From the NCBI GenBank assembly GCA_963771465.1, contig CAVYTU010000015.1, forward strand, positions 576,001 to 640,000: 64,000 nucleotides of DNA, given 5' to 3'. Shown here in pieces: positions 19,673-28,949 of the stretch (positions are counted from its first letter, which is position 1; each line of letters starts with the position of its first letter). The position numbers and the translations under genes are program-made. This stretch comes from an uncultured delta proteobacterium. GTDB taxonomy: Bacteria > Desulfobacterota > Binatia > UBA9968. A model generated the notes under the pieces. That model ran no database searches and had not been told where the DNA came from. It saw only the letters and a list, made by a program, of their open reading frames with translations.

Positions 19673-20737
19673 TCAATACCCCACCCGTTCGATCACCGGT
19701 TGGAGCCGTTGGATGTTTTGTTTGACCTCGTCAGTCTGGGAGATTTCCGTCCAGGCTTCTTGGACGAGTTCCTGGCGCACAACGTCTTCGACGTCCCGGC
19801 GCGTGATCGACTTCGACAATACGCCGGCGTCTTGATGTTCCTGCAGGATGCGCCATACACCTTCGACGCTCAGCTGGCCGTCCATCGGGTGAAAGCGGCC
19901 TTCCATGACGTCGATAGGGCGAAGATCGCGCATGCGTTCGGAGTCGTCCGGGTTATCAACGCGAAGCTTGGCTTCAACGAAGCGCTGGAAAGGAAAATGC
20001 TCCGGCACGATGCGGATATATTGATAGCCGCGAATGGCCGCTTTCCAGTAACGCTTGATGACTTCCGGGTTGCGCTCGATGAACGATTTGCGCGCGACCG
20101 TTACGCGATCGGGCCGGCCGTGGGGTTTGGTGTCTTCGACGAAGTCGTAGAGCTTGTTGAAACCCTGCTCTAAAAGCCGCGCCACATAAGGCGTTTGCAC
20201 GATGGCGGCGTCGGTCTCGCCGGCGAGCAGCGGTTTCCAGGACGCTTTCATGGCCCCGTACTTCCAGCCGATCTTCCAGTCGATTTCGCCATCGGGATCG
20301 ACGCCGGCCTTACGCAACTGATGTTCGAACCACATGGTCGCGATGCCACCTTTATACCAATCGCCGATGCGTTTGCCTTTGAGGTCGGCGATGGACTTCA
20401 CCCCTGGCGCGGTGACCAATGCGCCCGGAAGCCAATTGCGCCAGCCGCCGATGATTCTCAGCTCGTCGTTGCCCAAGGCTCGCTCGGCGAAGGGCGTGCG
20501 CACGTGCACGTCGGTGATGATATCGATGCCGAAGGCGATCATGTCGCGCAGCACCGTGCCGATCTCGTCGTAACGCTCGCCGTCGGGACGGCTCGAACTG
20601 ATTCCTTTGGGATTCACTTTGGCGTGAACCACCTCAACATCCAACCCTTCTTGAGCATAGAACCCTGCCGCCACACAGACCGAAGCATCAAGTACATGTC
20701 CGGCATGCCAGCAACCGTTGCCCACTCGCAATTTCAT
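19673..20737 (-). CDS. signal-peptide-less PBP2-fold CWHxxH protein, copy 2 (354 aa)
   Basis: MKLRVGNGCWHAGHVLD, GAGGAG RBS, paralog family. Confidence 0.88.
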   Translation of the reverse strand: MKLRVGNGCWHAGHVLDASVCVAAGFYAQEGLDVEVVHAKVNPKGISSSRPDGERYDEIGTVLRDMIAFGIDIITDVHVRTPFAERALGNDELRIIGGWRNWLPGALVTAPGVKSIADLKGKRIGDWYKGGIATMWFEHQLRKAGVDPDGEIDWKIGWKYGAMKASWKPLLAGETDAAIVQTPYVARLLEQGFNKLYDFVEDTKPHGRPDRVTVARKSFIERNPEVIKRYWKAAIRGYQYIRIVPEHFPFQRFVEAKLRVDNPDDSERMRDLRPIDVMEGRFHPMDGQLSVEGVWRILQEHQDAGVLSKSITRRDVEDVVRQELVQEAWTEISQTDEVKQNIQRLQPVIERVGY

Positions 20738-20753
20738 CTGTCGAATACTCCTC

Positions 20754-21893
20754 TCAATCGCCCGCGGTAAATTCCGGCGCGTCTTCGAGTTGCTCGATGC
20801 CGCCGAGGCCGACGTCGACGAAGGGACTCGGCATCGCGCAGAGCAGCAGCACCCGGCTGTCGCCGGAATTAAAATGTTGATGCGCCGTCATGCGCGGGAT
20901 GCAGATAAACTCGCCGGCTTGCCAGTTCCAGCGCTCACCATCGTGCATATCGTAGCCGTTGCCTTCGATGACGAGGACTTGTTCTTCAGCAACGTGCAGA
21001 TGTTTGCCCGAGCGGCTGTGCGGCGGAATTTCTTGCAGATAGGCCCAAACCTGCCGCCCGCCGGTTTCAATATCCGGATGGACGAACCACTTGAGCTTGC
21101 CCTGCTGAGTCCACTCCCAGGCTTCCCTGCTTTCATGGACGACGTGATCGACCCGGCTCAAATACTGCACTTCATCGTGGTAAAGCTTCAAATAACGCTC
21201 GTAGGTGTTGTTCACCGGAACGCTCCACGGCACCGAACGTTTACGCGCTTGAAACACGTCTTCCAATTTCGGTTCCGGCCCGACCACCACTTCGATGTCG
21301 TCTTTGATGCCGAGAATACCCTTTTTGATTTTGTAGCCGCGCAGTTTGCCGTCGTCGTCGTAGAGCGGTTCCGTGCCGTCGGGAAATACCGGCTTCTCAG
21401 TCATCTTGTGCTGCTCGCGCCACATGAGCCCGAAGCTATGAAAGAGCCGAGTCGCTAGCGAGATCATCGCGCAGCCGACCTCAGCGTCACCGCCATGCTG
21501 ATGCACCGAGTACGGCGCGAAACAAACCATGTCGTGGGTTTCGAATTGAAAGGTGACGCCGTCGTTCATCTCCCAGCCTTTGCCGCTGAGACAAAAAATC
21601 GTTGGCGCAGCGATATGGCGATGGATACCACGCACCGGCACATGGGGCGCGATATCGATGATATGTGACGCGAAGCAATAGAGCGGGCCGCGAATCAAAA
21701 TATCATAGCTAGTCAAGTCGCCGGTCTGGTGCGGACTTCCCTTGCCCATGACCGTTTGTTTCGACGGCAGTGGCTGGAGCACGTGCGGCAGCGAGTTCAC
21801 CTGCCAATCTTCCTTAACTTCAAAGACAAAACGCTTCAACTGATCCGATTCTGCGGCCTGGCTTTTTTCTTCCCATGGCTCGAGGTAAGACAT
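20754..21893 (-). CDS. bicupin protein (gentisate 1,2-dioxygenase-like)
   Basis: HRHIAAP...VHQH and GKHLHVAEE...AHQHFN motifs. GGAGG RBS. Confidence 0.85.
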   Translation of the reverse strand: MSYLEPWEEKSQAAESDQLKRFVFEVKEDWQVNSLPHVLQPLPSKQTVMGKGSPHQTGDLTSYDILIRGPLYCFASHIIDIAPHVPVRGIHRHIAAPTIFCLSGKGWEMNDGVTFQFETHDMVCFAPYSVHQHGGDAEVGCAMISLATRLFHSFGLMWREQHKMTEKPVFPDGTEPLYDDDGKLRGYKIKKGILGIKDDIEVVVGPEPKLEDVFQARKRSVPWSVPVNNTYERYLKLYHDEVQYLSRVDHVVHESREAWEWTQQGKLKWFVHPDIETGGRQVWAYLQEIPPHSRSGKHLHVAEEQVLVIEGNGYDMHDGERWNWQAGEFICIPRMTAHQHFNSGDSRVLLLCAMPSPFVDVGLGGIEQLEDAPEFTAGD

Positions 21894-21934
21894 TTATTCC
21901 TCCGATTTGCTTTCACGATTTTCGAACCGCATGG

Positions 21935-23059
21935 CTACTTTAATTTCTCGGCCTGCGGCAGGCCGAAGGCTTTTTCAATCATTTCATACCAGCCGGGAAT
22001 TTGCGCGAAGCTATCCCATTTGTCGATGGATAGTTTTTTTCCCTGGGTTACTTTCGCCAATTCAGAACCAGGCCCGTAAACCGAAGACTTGAGCGGTTCA
22101 TACTTGTCGATGATGCGTTGGCCGGTTGGCGTGGCCTGAAACTCCAGCCACAACAGCGCGGCGTAGGGATTAGACGCTAAACGGGTAACGCCTTGCAGCT
22201 CGATCAATCGCACCGGCACCGGCTCGATGACTTTGCAGACGATCGATTTCTTCGGATGTTTCTCGGCGACCTCGACACAGGACTGATAATTGGCTTGCTG
22301 GTGCAACGCGTACTCGCCCACCGACATGGACGCCAGCGCGCGCGCATAGCCGCGCACCCAGATCGGTTCTTGCTCCTTGAGTTTAGCCGAGTAGTTTTTC
22401 ACCCACGCTTCACCCATGCCCGGCACCAACGACACCATGCCGTGGGGGCGAATGTCGATCAAAAATTTTCTGCCCTTGAGCTCCGGTCGAAGAAAGTCTT
22501 CCCAAGTATTGGGAACTTTTTCCGGCGCGATCAACTCCTTGTTATACACCACCGCCTGGATGGCGCTCGCCTCGGCGACGATGCTGCGCTTGTTGGGATC
22601 GATCATACCGATAGGAATCGCCAGGACGCCATGCTCGGCCATGCCGTAGATATCGATTTTTTTTACGTGCTCGGCAAATTCATTGTAGAAGTCGCGAGAG
22701 AGATGGATCGAATCCCAATTTTTGCCGCTCCCCGCCCGAAGCTCCATCAAAAAGCGTTGGGCCGCTTCGCTGCCGTCCACCGGGGTCAATGCGAAATCGA
22801 TGAACGGATATTTCTGCTTAAAAGCTTCGGTCAGCTGCTTGTAAGTTTCCTTGTCCAGGGAGCTGATGACTCTGAGCCTGCCCTCCTTCTTGGCCTTGGC
22901 GACAATTTCGTCGTGGCTGGCTTCGAAGACAAAGCCGTTTGCTTGCGCCGCTTGCCTGGATTTGAGCAACGCAGGAGTTGCGGCGTTGGCGCCTCGTGAA
23001 GCCAGCAAACCAAAAACGATTAACGCCGTAATCGCGAACTTTGGTCGTGCTTCTTTCAT
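21935..23059 (-). CDS. ABC substrate-binding protein (AfuA/FbpA-like)
   Basis: GAGGAG RBS before MKEARP, signal peptide, AKKEGRLRV, YNKELI..PNTWEDFLRPELKG. Confidence 0.87.
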   Translation of the reverse strand: MKEARPKFAITALIVFGLLASRGANAATPALLKSRQAAQANGFVFEASHDEIVAKAKKEGRLRVISSLDKETYKQLTEAFKQKYPFIDFALTPVDGSEAAQRFLMELRAGSGKNWDSIHLSRDFYNEFAEHVKKIDIYGMAEHGVLAIPIGMIDPNKRSIVAEASAIQAVVYNKELIAPEKVPNTWEDFLRPELKGRKFLIDIRPHGMVSLVPGMGEAWVKNYSAKLKEQEPIWVRGYARALASMSVGEYALHQQANYQSCVEVAEKHPKKSIVCKVIEPVPVRLIELQGVTRLASNPYAALLWLEFQATPTGQRIIDKYEPLKSSVYGPGSELAKVTQGKKLSIDKWDSFAQIPGWYEMIEKAFGLPQAEKLK

Positions 23060-23116
23060 GGTTAATTCTCCTCGCCTTTCTTTCTTGGACAGCAGCCGAG
23101 CCACTATTACGATTCA

Positions 23117-24181
23117 TCAATATCCCAACCGTTCGACCACCGGCTGCAAGCGGGCCAAGCTCCACTTCACCTCGTCGGTCTGGGATAGTTCTTCCCACGC
23201 CTCCTGAACCAACTCTTGACGCACCGCTTCTTCTACGTCGGCGCGCGCGATCGACTTCGATAGCACGCCGGCGTCCTGATGTTCCTGCAAAATCCGCCAC
23301 ACCCCTTCGACGCTCAATTGACCGTCCAGGGGAACGAAATAACTTTCCATCAAGGCGGGCGATAGCAGATCGCGCATGCGTTCGGATTCATCCGGATTAC
23401 CGACGCGCAGCTTGGCCTCGACGAAACGTTGGAAGGCAAAATTTTCCGGCACGATGCGCATGAAGTGATAGCCGCGGATGGTCGCCTTCCAGTAACGCTT
23501 GATCAATTCCGGGTTGCGTTGGATAAACGACTTGCGCGCCACCGTTACACGATCGGGACGGCCGTGCGGCTTACTGTCCTCGACGAAATCATAGATCTTG
23601 TTAAAGCCCCGTTCGAGAAGCTGGGGCACGAAGGGGTTGGCAACGATGGCCGCGTCGGTTTCGCCCGCGAGTAAGGGCTTCCACGCTTCGCGAATGGAGC
23701 CATATCGGTAGCCGATCTTCCAGTCGATGTCGCGATCCGGATCGATGCCGACTTTGCGCAACTGGTGCTCGTGCCACAGGGTGGCGATGCCGCCTTTGTA
23801 CCAGTCGCCGATGCGCTTGCCCTTGAAGTCGGCGATCGATTTGATACCGGGCGCGCCGATCAAGGTGCCGCGAAACTGATTGCGCCAGCCGCCGATAATC
23901 CTAAGCTCGTCATTGCCGAGCGCGCGTTCGGCAAAAGGTGTGCGCACATGGACGTCGGGAATGATGTCTATGTTGAAGGCAATCATGTCACGCAAGACCG
24001 TGCCGATCTCATCGTAGCGCTCGCCGTCGGGGCGGCTGGATTGGAAGCCAGCCGGATTGATCTTGGCGTGAACGACTTCGACATCAAGACCTTCTTGAGC
24101 GAAGAGCTCCGCCTCAAGGCAAATGGCGGCGGCGCGCACATGGCCGGCATGCCAGCAACCGTTGCCCACCCGAAGTTTCAT
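23117..24181 (-). CDS. signal-peptide-less PBP2-fold CWHxxH protein, copy 3 (354 aa)
   Basis: MKLRVGNGCWHAGHVRA, paralog family. Confidence 0.88.
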   Translation of the reverse strand: MKLRVGNGCWHAGHVRAAAICLEAELFAQEGLDVEVVHAKINPAGFQSSRPDGERYDEIGTVLRDMIAFNIDIIPDVHVRTPFAERALGNDELRIIGGWRNQFRGTLIGAPGIKSIADFKGKRIGDWYKGGIATLWHEHQLRKVGIDPDRDIDWKIGYRYGSIREAWKPLLAGETDAAIVANPFVPQLLERGFNKIYDFVEDSKPHGRPDRVTVARKSFIQRNPELIKRYWKATIRGYHFMRIVPENFAFQRFVEAKLRVGNPDESERMRDLLSPALMESYFVPLDGQLSVEGVWRILQEHQDAGVLSKSIARADVEEAVRQELVQEAWEELSQTDEVKWSLARLQPVVERLGY

Positions 24182-24244
24182 TCTTGTATCACCATTTCGA
24201 TTTTGAGCGCTGAGCCGTTCTTCTTTTTGCGGTTTTTACGTTGT

Positions 24245-25309
24245 TTAATAACCGAGCCGTTCGACGACCGGTTGAAGCCGCTCTAAACTTTGCTTCACGT
24301 CATCAGTCTGCGACAGTTCGGCCCATGCTTCTTGCACAAGTTCTTGGCGCACCAATTCTTCGACGTCACGCCAGGTGATGGACTGCGACAACACCCCCGC
24401 GTCCAAGTGCTCTTGTAAAATCCGCCATACGCCCTCGACGCTCAGCTGGCCGTCGAGCGGAAAAAAGCTCCCTTCCATGCCGTTTAGCTGGCCAAGGTTG
24501 CGCATGCGCTCAGCTTCATCAGGGTTGTTGACGCGAAGCTTGGATTCGACGAAGCGGACAAACGGATAGTGTTCCGGCGCCATGCGCATGAAGTGGTAGG
24601 TACGGATCGATGCTTTCCAATAACGTTTGATCAGTTCCGGGTTGCGCTCGATAAAAGACTTGCGCGCAACGGTGACGCGGTCGGGCCGGCCGTACGGCTT
24701 GCTGTCTTCGACGAAATCGTAAAGCTTGTTAAAGCCGCGCTCCAAAAGCATCGGCACGTAAGGGTTTTGCACGATCGCCGCATCGGTATCGCCGGCCAAT
24801 AGCGGCTTCCATGCCTCGCGCATGGAGCCGTATTGATAGCCGATCTTCCAGTCGATTTCGCGCGCCGGATCGATGGCGCGCTGGCGCAATTGGCGCTCGT
24901 ACCACAAGGTCGCGATGCCGCCTTTGTACCAATCGCCGATGCGCTTGCCGCGCAGGTCAGCGATCGATTTGATCCCTCCCGCCGCCATTAGCGTGCCGCG
25001 AAACTGATTGCGCCAGCCACCGATGATACGCACTTCGTCGTTGCCGAGCGCGCGCTCGGCAAAGGGCGTACGCACATGTACGTCGGGAATGATGTCGATG
25101 CCAAACGCGACCATGTCGCGCAGCACGGTGCCGACTTCATCGTAGCGCTCACCGTCCGGGCGGCTCGAATCGATACCCTTCGGATTGATCTTGGCGTGCA
25201 CCAGCTCAACGTCCAATCCTTCCTGGGCGAAAAAGCCAGCCTCAAGGCAAACCGCCGCGTGCTGAATATGAAAGGCATGCCAGCAACCGTTGCCCACTCG
25301 AAGTTTCAT
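24245..25309 (-). CDS. signal-peptide-less PBP2-fold CWHxxH protein, copy 4 (354 aa)
   Basis: MKLRVGNGCWHAFHIQH, paralog family. Confidence 0.88.
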   Translation of the reverse strand: MKLRVGNGCWHAFHIQHAAVCLEAGFFAQEGLDVELVHAKINPKGIDSSRPDGERYDEVGTVLRDMVAFGIDIIPDVHVRTPFAERALGNDEVRIIGGWRNQFRGTLMAAGGIKSIADLRGKRIGDWYKGGIATLWYERQLRQRAIDPAREIDWKIGYQYGSMREAWKPLLAGDTDAAIVQNPYVPMLLERGFNKLYDFVEDSKPYGRPDRVTVARKSFIERNPELIKRYWKASIRTYHFMRMAPEHYPFVRFVESKLRVNNPDEAERMRNLGQLNGMEGSFFPLDGQLSVEGVWRILQEHLDAGVLSQSITWRDVEELVRQELVQEAWAELSQTDDVKQSLERLQPVVERLGY

Positions 25310-25351
25310 TTTTCTAAAGCCTTGGTATATTTCCGGTGATTTTTATTGCAA

Positions 25352-26416
25352 TTAGTAGCCGAAGCGCTCGACCACGGGTTGGAGCCGTTCGAGGCTTCGT
25401 TTTACGTCGTCGGTCTGCGACATTTCGACCCACGCTTCCCGCACTAGGTCCTGGTGCACTACATCTTCGACGTCACGCCGGGTAATCGACTTCGGCAACA
25501 CACCAGCGTCTTCATGTTCCTCCAAGATTCGCCACACCCCTTCGACGGTCAACTGACCGTCGAGCGGATGAAAGGCGCTGTCCATGATGCTCATCGGCCT
25601 GAGATCGCGCATGCGCTCGGACTCATCCGGACTGTCGACCCGCAGCTTGGCTTCGACAAAGCGTTGAAAGGGAAAATTCTCCGGCACGATGCGCATGAAA
25701 TGATAACCGCGAATCGCCGCTTTCCAGTAGCGCTTGATTATTTCCGGGTTGCGTTCGACGAACGACTTGCGCGCCACCGTGACGCGGTCAGGTCGACCGT
25801 GAGGTTTGTTGTCCTCGACGAAATCGTAAAGCTTGTTGAAGCCGCGTTCCAGCAATTGTGGCACGAATGGATTCTGCACAATTGCCGCATCGGTTTCACC
25901 GGCTAGCAATGGCCGCCAGGCATCGCGCATGGAGCCGTATTTGTAACCGATCTTCCAATCGATCTCACGGTCCGGATCGATGCCCGCCTTGCGCATCTGA
26001 TGCTCGTACCACAGAGTGGCGATGCCGCCCTTGTACCAATCACCGACCCGTTTGCCGCGCAAAGCGGCGATCGATTCGATGCCCGGCGCAGCGACCAACG
26101 TGCCGGTGAACTGATTGCGCCAGCCGCCGATGATGCGCACTTCGTCGTTGCCCAGCGCGCGCTCGGCAAAGGGCGTGCGCACGTGCACGTCGGGAATGAT
26201 GTCGATGCCGAAAGCGACCATGTCGCGCAGCACCGTGCCCACTTCATCGTAGCGCTCGCCGTCCGGGCGGGTGGAATCGATGCCGCCGGGATTGATTTTT
26301 GCGTGTACGACCTCGACGTCAAGTCCCTCTTGAGCATAAAAGCCCGCTTCCAAAGTCACCGCAGCGTCAAGTACGTGCCGCGTGTGCCAGCAACCATTGC
26401 CCACTCGAAGTTTCAT
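25352..26416 (-). CDS. signal-peptide-less PBP2-fold CWHxxH protein, copy 5 (354 aa)
   Basis: MKLRVGNGCWHTRHVLD, paralog family. Confidence 0.88.
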   Translation of the reverse strand: MKLRVGNGCWHTRHVLDAAVTLEAGFYAQEGLDVEVVHAKINPGGIDSTRPDGERYDEVGTVLRDMVAFGIDIIPDVHVRTPFAERALGNDEVRIIGGWRNQFTGTLVAAPGIESIAALRGKRVGDWYKGGIATLWYEHQMRKAGIDPDREIDWKIGYKYGSMRDAWRPLLAGETDAAIVQNPFVPQLLERGFNKLYDFVEDNKPHGRPDRVTVARKSFVERNPEIIKRYWKAAIRGYHFMRIVPENFPFQRFVEAKLRVDSPDESERMRDLRPMSIMDSAFHPLDGQLTVEGVWRILEEHEDAGVLPKSITRRDVEDVVHQDLVREAWVEMSQTDDVKRSLERLQPVVERFGY

Positions 26417-26492
26417 TGGTCTGTTACCTTATCTGTATTAGAATCTCGCGCCGATGATTTTTTGCCTCATTACATTTTAGTTTTTGCTTGTT

Positions 26493-27557
26493 TTAATAGC
26501 CGTGCCGTTCGATGACGGATTGGAGCCGCTCGAGGTTGCGTTTGATTTCGTCGGTTTGGGAAATTTCCGCCCATGCTTCGCGCACCAGCTCTTGTTGTAT
26601 CATCTGCTCTACGTCGGCGCGGGTGATCGACTTCGAGAGCACACCGGCATCTTGATGTTCTTCAAGAATTCGCCACACGCCCTCGATGCTGAGCTGGCCG
26701 TCCATGGGGAAAAATGCGCCTTCCATCAATTCCATCGACCAGAGATCGCGCATGCGTTCCGATTCGTCGGGATTGGTGAGCCGGAGTTTGGCTTCGACAA
26801 AGCGCAGGAAAGGATAATTCTCCGGCGCGATGCGGATGAAATGGTAGCCGCGAATGGAAGCTTTCCAATAGCGTTTGATCAGTTCGGGATTGCGGGCCAC
26901 GAAACTGCGGCGAGCCACGGTGACGCGATCGGGCCGGCCGTGGGGCTTGCTGTCTTCAACGAAATCGTAAATCTTGTTGAAGCCGCGCTCGAGCAGCATC
27001 GGTACGTAGGGATTTTGCACGATCGCCGCGTCGGTATCGCCGGCAAGCAATGGCTTGTACGCTTCGCGCATGGAGCCAAATTTGTAGCCGATCTTCCACT
27101 GGATTTCGCGGTCGGGATCGACGCCCGCTTTGCGCAGCTTGTGCTCATACCACAGTGTCGCGACACCGCCTTTGTACCAATCGCCAACGCGTTTGCCGCG
27201 TAGATCGGCGAATGTTTTGATACCGGGCGCGCCGACTAACGTGCCGCGAAACTGATTGCGCCAGCCGCCGATGATCACGACCTCGTCGTTGCCGAGCACG
27301 CGCTCGGCGAACGGCGTGCGCACGTGCACGTCGGGAATGATGTCGATACCATAAGCGACCATGTCGCGCAGCACGGTGCCTACTTCGTCGTAGCGTTCAC
27401 CATCGGGACGACTGGCGTCGATCCCTTTGGGGTTGATTTTGGCGTGGACGATCTCCGCATCGATGCCTTCCCGAGTAAAAAACCCAGCTTCCTGACAGAG
27501 AAATGCGTGTTGGATATGAAAGGCGTGCCAGCAGGCGTTGCCAATTCTCAATTTCAT
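26493..27557 (-). CDS. signal-peptide-less PBP2-fold CWHxxH protein, copy 6 (354 aa)
   Basis: MKLRIGNACWHAFHIQH, AAGGGG RBS, paralog family. Confidence 0.88.
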   Translation of the reverse strand: MKLRIGNACWHAFHIQHAFLCQEAGFFTREGIDAEIVHAKINPKGIDASRPDGERYDEVGTVLRDMVAYGIDIIPDVHVRTPFAERVLGNDEVVIIGGWRNQFRGTLVGAPGIKTFADLRGKRVGDWYKGGVATLWYEHKLRKAGVDPDREIQWKIGYKFGSMREAYKPLLAGDTDAAIVQNPYVPMLLERGFNKIYDFVEDSKPHGRPDRVTVARRSFVARNPELIKRYWKASIRGYHFIRIAPENYPFLRFVEAKLRLTNPDESERMRDLWSMELMEGAFFPMDGQLSIEGVWRILEEHQDAGVLSKSITRADVEQMIQQELVREAWAEISQTDEIKRNLERLQSVIERHGY

Positions 27558-27680
27558 AATTGTCCCCTTCCGCCGGCACGCTATCGTTCTCGCGTTGAAA
27601 CTGTCAAGAGTGAATGACTCTTTTCATGGTGATTCGTCGCACGCGGCGCACCGTGGCGACAATTGCATCGGCATGATTGC

Positions 27681-27708
27681 TTGACAGACCGTTTTTAACA
27701 GTAGTAAT
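27681..27708 (+). promoter_or_regulatory. putative sigma70-type promoter (TTGACAG-N14-TAGTAAT) for copy 7
   Basis: Perfect TTGACA. The same motif and spacing recur at 28887. An opposing TGTCAA at 27602 could serve the divergent operon. Confidence 0.45.
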
Positions 27709-27773
27709 CCGGCATGTGGAAACGAGTGTCGTTTCGCAGGAAATAAACCTTTGGCGTCAAAAGGAGGAGAGCG

Positions 27774-28838
27774 ATGAAACTTCGAGTCGGTAATGCTTGT
27801 TGGCATGCCTTCCACGTGCAACACGCATTGCTGTGCCGCGAAGCCGGCTTCTACGCTGACGAGGGCATCGACGTCGAAATTGTTCACGCCAAAATCAACC
27901 CCAAGGCGATCGAGTCGAGCCGGCCCGGCGGCGAACGCTACGACGAAGTCGGCACCGTGCTGCGCGATATGGTCGCCTATGGTATCGACATCATTCCCGA
28001 CGTGCACGTGCGCACCCCATTCGCTGAACGCGCCCTCGGTAATGACGAAGTGCGCATCATCGGCGGCTGGCGCAATCACTACGGCGGCACGGCGATGGGC
28101 GCGCCAAGCGTCAAATCGATGGGTGATTTGAAAGGCAAGCGAATCGGCGACTGGTACAAAGGCGGTATTCACACCCTGTGGTGGGAGCGCCAGCTGCGTC
28201 AAGCGGGTCTCAGTCCGGAACGAGACGTGGAATGGAAAATCGGCTATCTCTTTGGCTCCATGCGCGAAGCGTGGAAGCCGCTGCAACGCGGCGAAACCGA
28301 CGCCGCGATTGTGCAAAACCCGTGGGTGCCGATGCTGCTCGAACAAGGCTACAATAAACTCTACGATTTCGATCACGAGACCAAGCCTTATGGCCGGCCC
28401 GATCGCGTCACCGTGGCGCGCAAGTCGTTCATCGAGCGTAATCCAGAAATCATCAAACGCTTTTGGAAGGCGGCGATCCGCGGTTATCATTTCATGCGTA
28501 TCGTGCCGGAGAACTTCGCCTTCCAGCGCTACATCGAAGCCAAGTTGCGCACCGATAATCCCGACGAAGCCGAGTGCATGCGCGACTTGACGCCGATGGC
28601 GATGATGGAGAGCCATTTCTTTCCGCTCGATGGCCAACTCACCGAGGAAGGCGTTTGGCGGATTCTTGATGAACATATCGACGGCGGCGTGCTGGATAAA
28701 TCGATTACCCGTTCCGATGCTGGCAGCCTGATTGATCAAGGTTTAGTCCAAGAGGCTTGGGCCGAGATTTCCCAGACCGACGGCGTGAAACGCAGTCTCG
28801 AGCGGCTCCAAGCCGTGATCGAGCGTGTCGGATACTGA
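27774..28838 (+). CDS. signal-peptide-less PBP2-fold CWHxxH protein, copy 7 (354 aa)
   Basis: MKLRVGNACWHAFHVQH, AGGAGG RBS, divergent from copies 2-6. Confidence 0.9.
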   Translation: MKLRVGNACWHAFHVQHALLCREAGFYADEGIDVEIVHAKINPKAIESSRPGGERYDEVGTVLRDMVAYGIDIIPDVHVRTPFAERALGNDEVRIIGGWRNHYGGTAMGAPSVKSMGDLKGKRIGDWYKGGIHTLWWERQLRQAGLSPERDVEWKIGYLFGSMREAWKPLQRGETDAAIVQNPWVPMLLEQGYNKLYDFDHETKPYGRPDRVTVARKSFIERNPEIIKRFWKAAIRGYHFMRIVPENFAFQRYIEAKLRTDNPDEAECMRDLTPMAMMESHFFPLDGQLTEEGVWRILDEHIDGGVLDKSITRSDAGSLIDQGLVQEAWAEISQTDGVKRSLERLQAVIERVGY

Positions 28839-28886
28839 CGACGAATACTCAACCATCGAATGGCCCGCCAGCAGATCGGAGTTCGC

Positions 28887-28914
28887 TTGACAGGCTAATT
28901 GCAACTTTAGTAAT
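28887..28914 (+). promoter_or_regulatory. putative sigma70-type promoter (TTGACAG-N14-TAGTAAT) for the Rieske oxygenase
   Basis: Same motif as at 27681, 36 nt upstream of the ATG. Confidence 0.45.
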
Positions 28915-28949
28915 GGCTGAATGTGTAAAGAAAATTTCCGGAGGTCACA

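Noticed and set aside
23117-27557. Tandem array as an assembly artefact
   Set aside because: Copies differ at many synonymous and non-synonymous sites and have distinct intergenic spacers.
27624-28739. 371-aa antisense ORF over CWHxxH copy 7, and similar partial antisense ORFs over the other copies
   Set aside because: Shadow frames from GC-biased codon usage. The equivalent frame is interrupted by stops in other paralogs and has no recognisable motifs.
19673-28838. Diversity-generating retroelement or invertase-driven shufflon as the cause of paralog variation
   Set aside because: No reverse transcriptase, recombinase or template repeat in the window, and differences are not adenine-specific.
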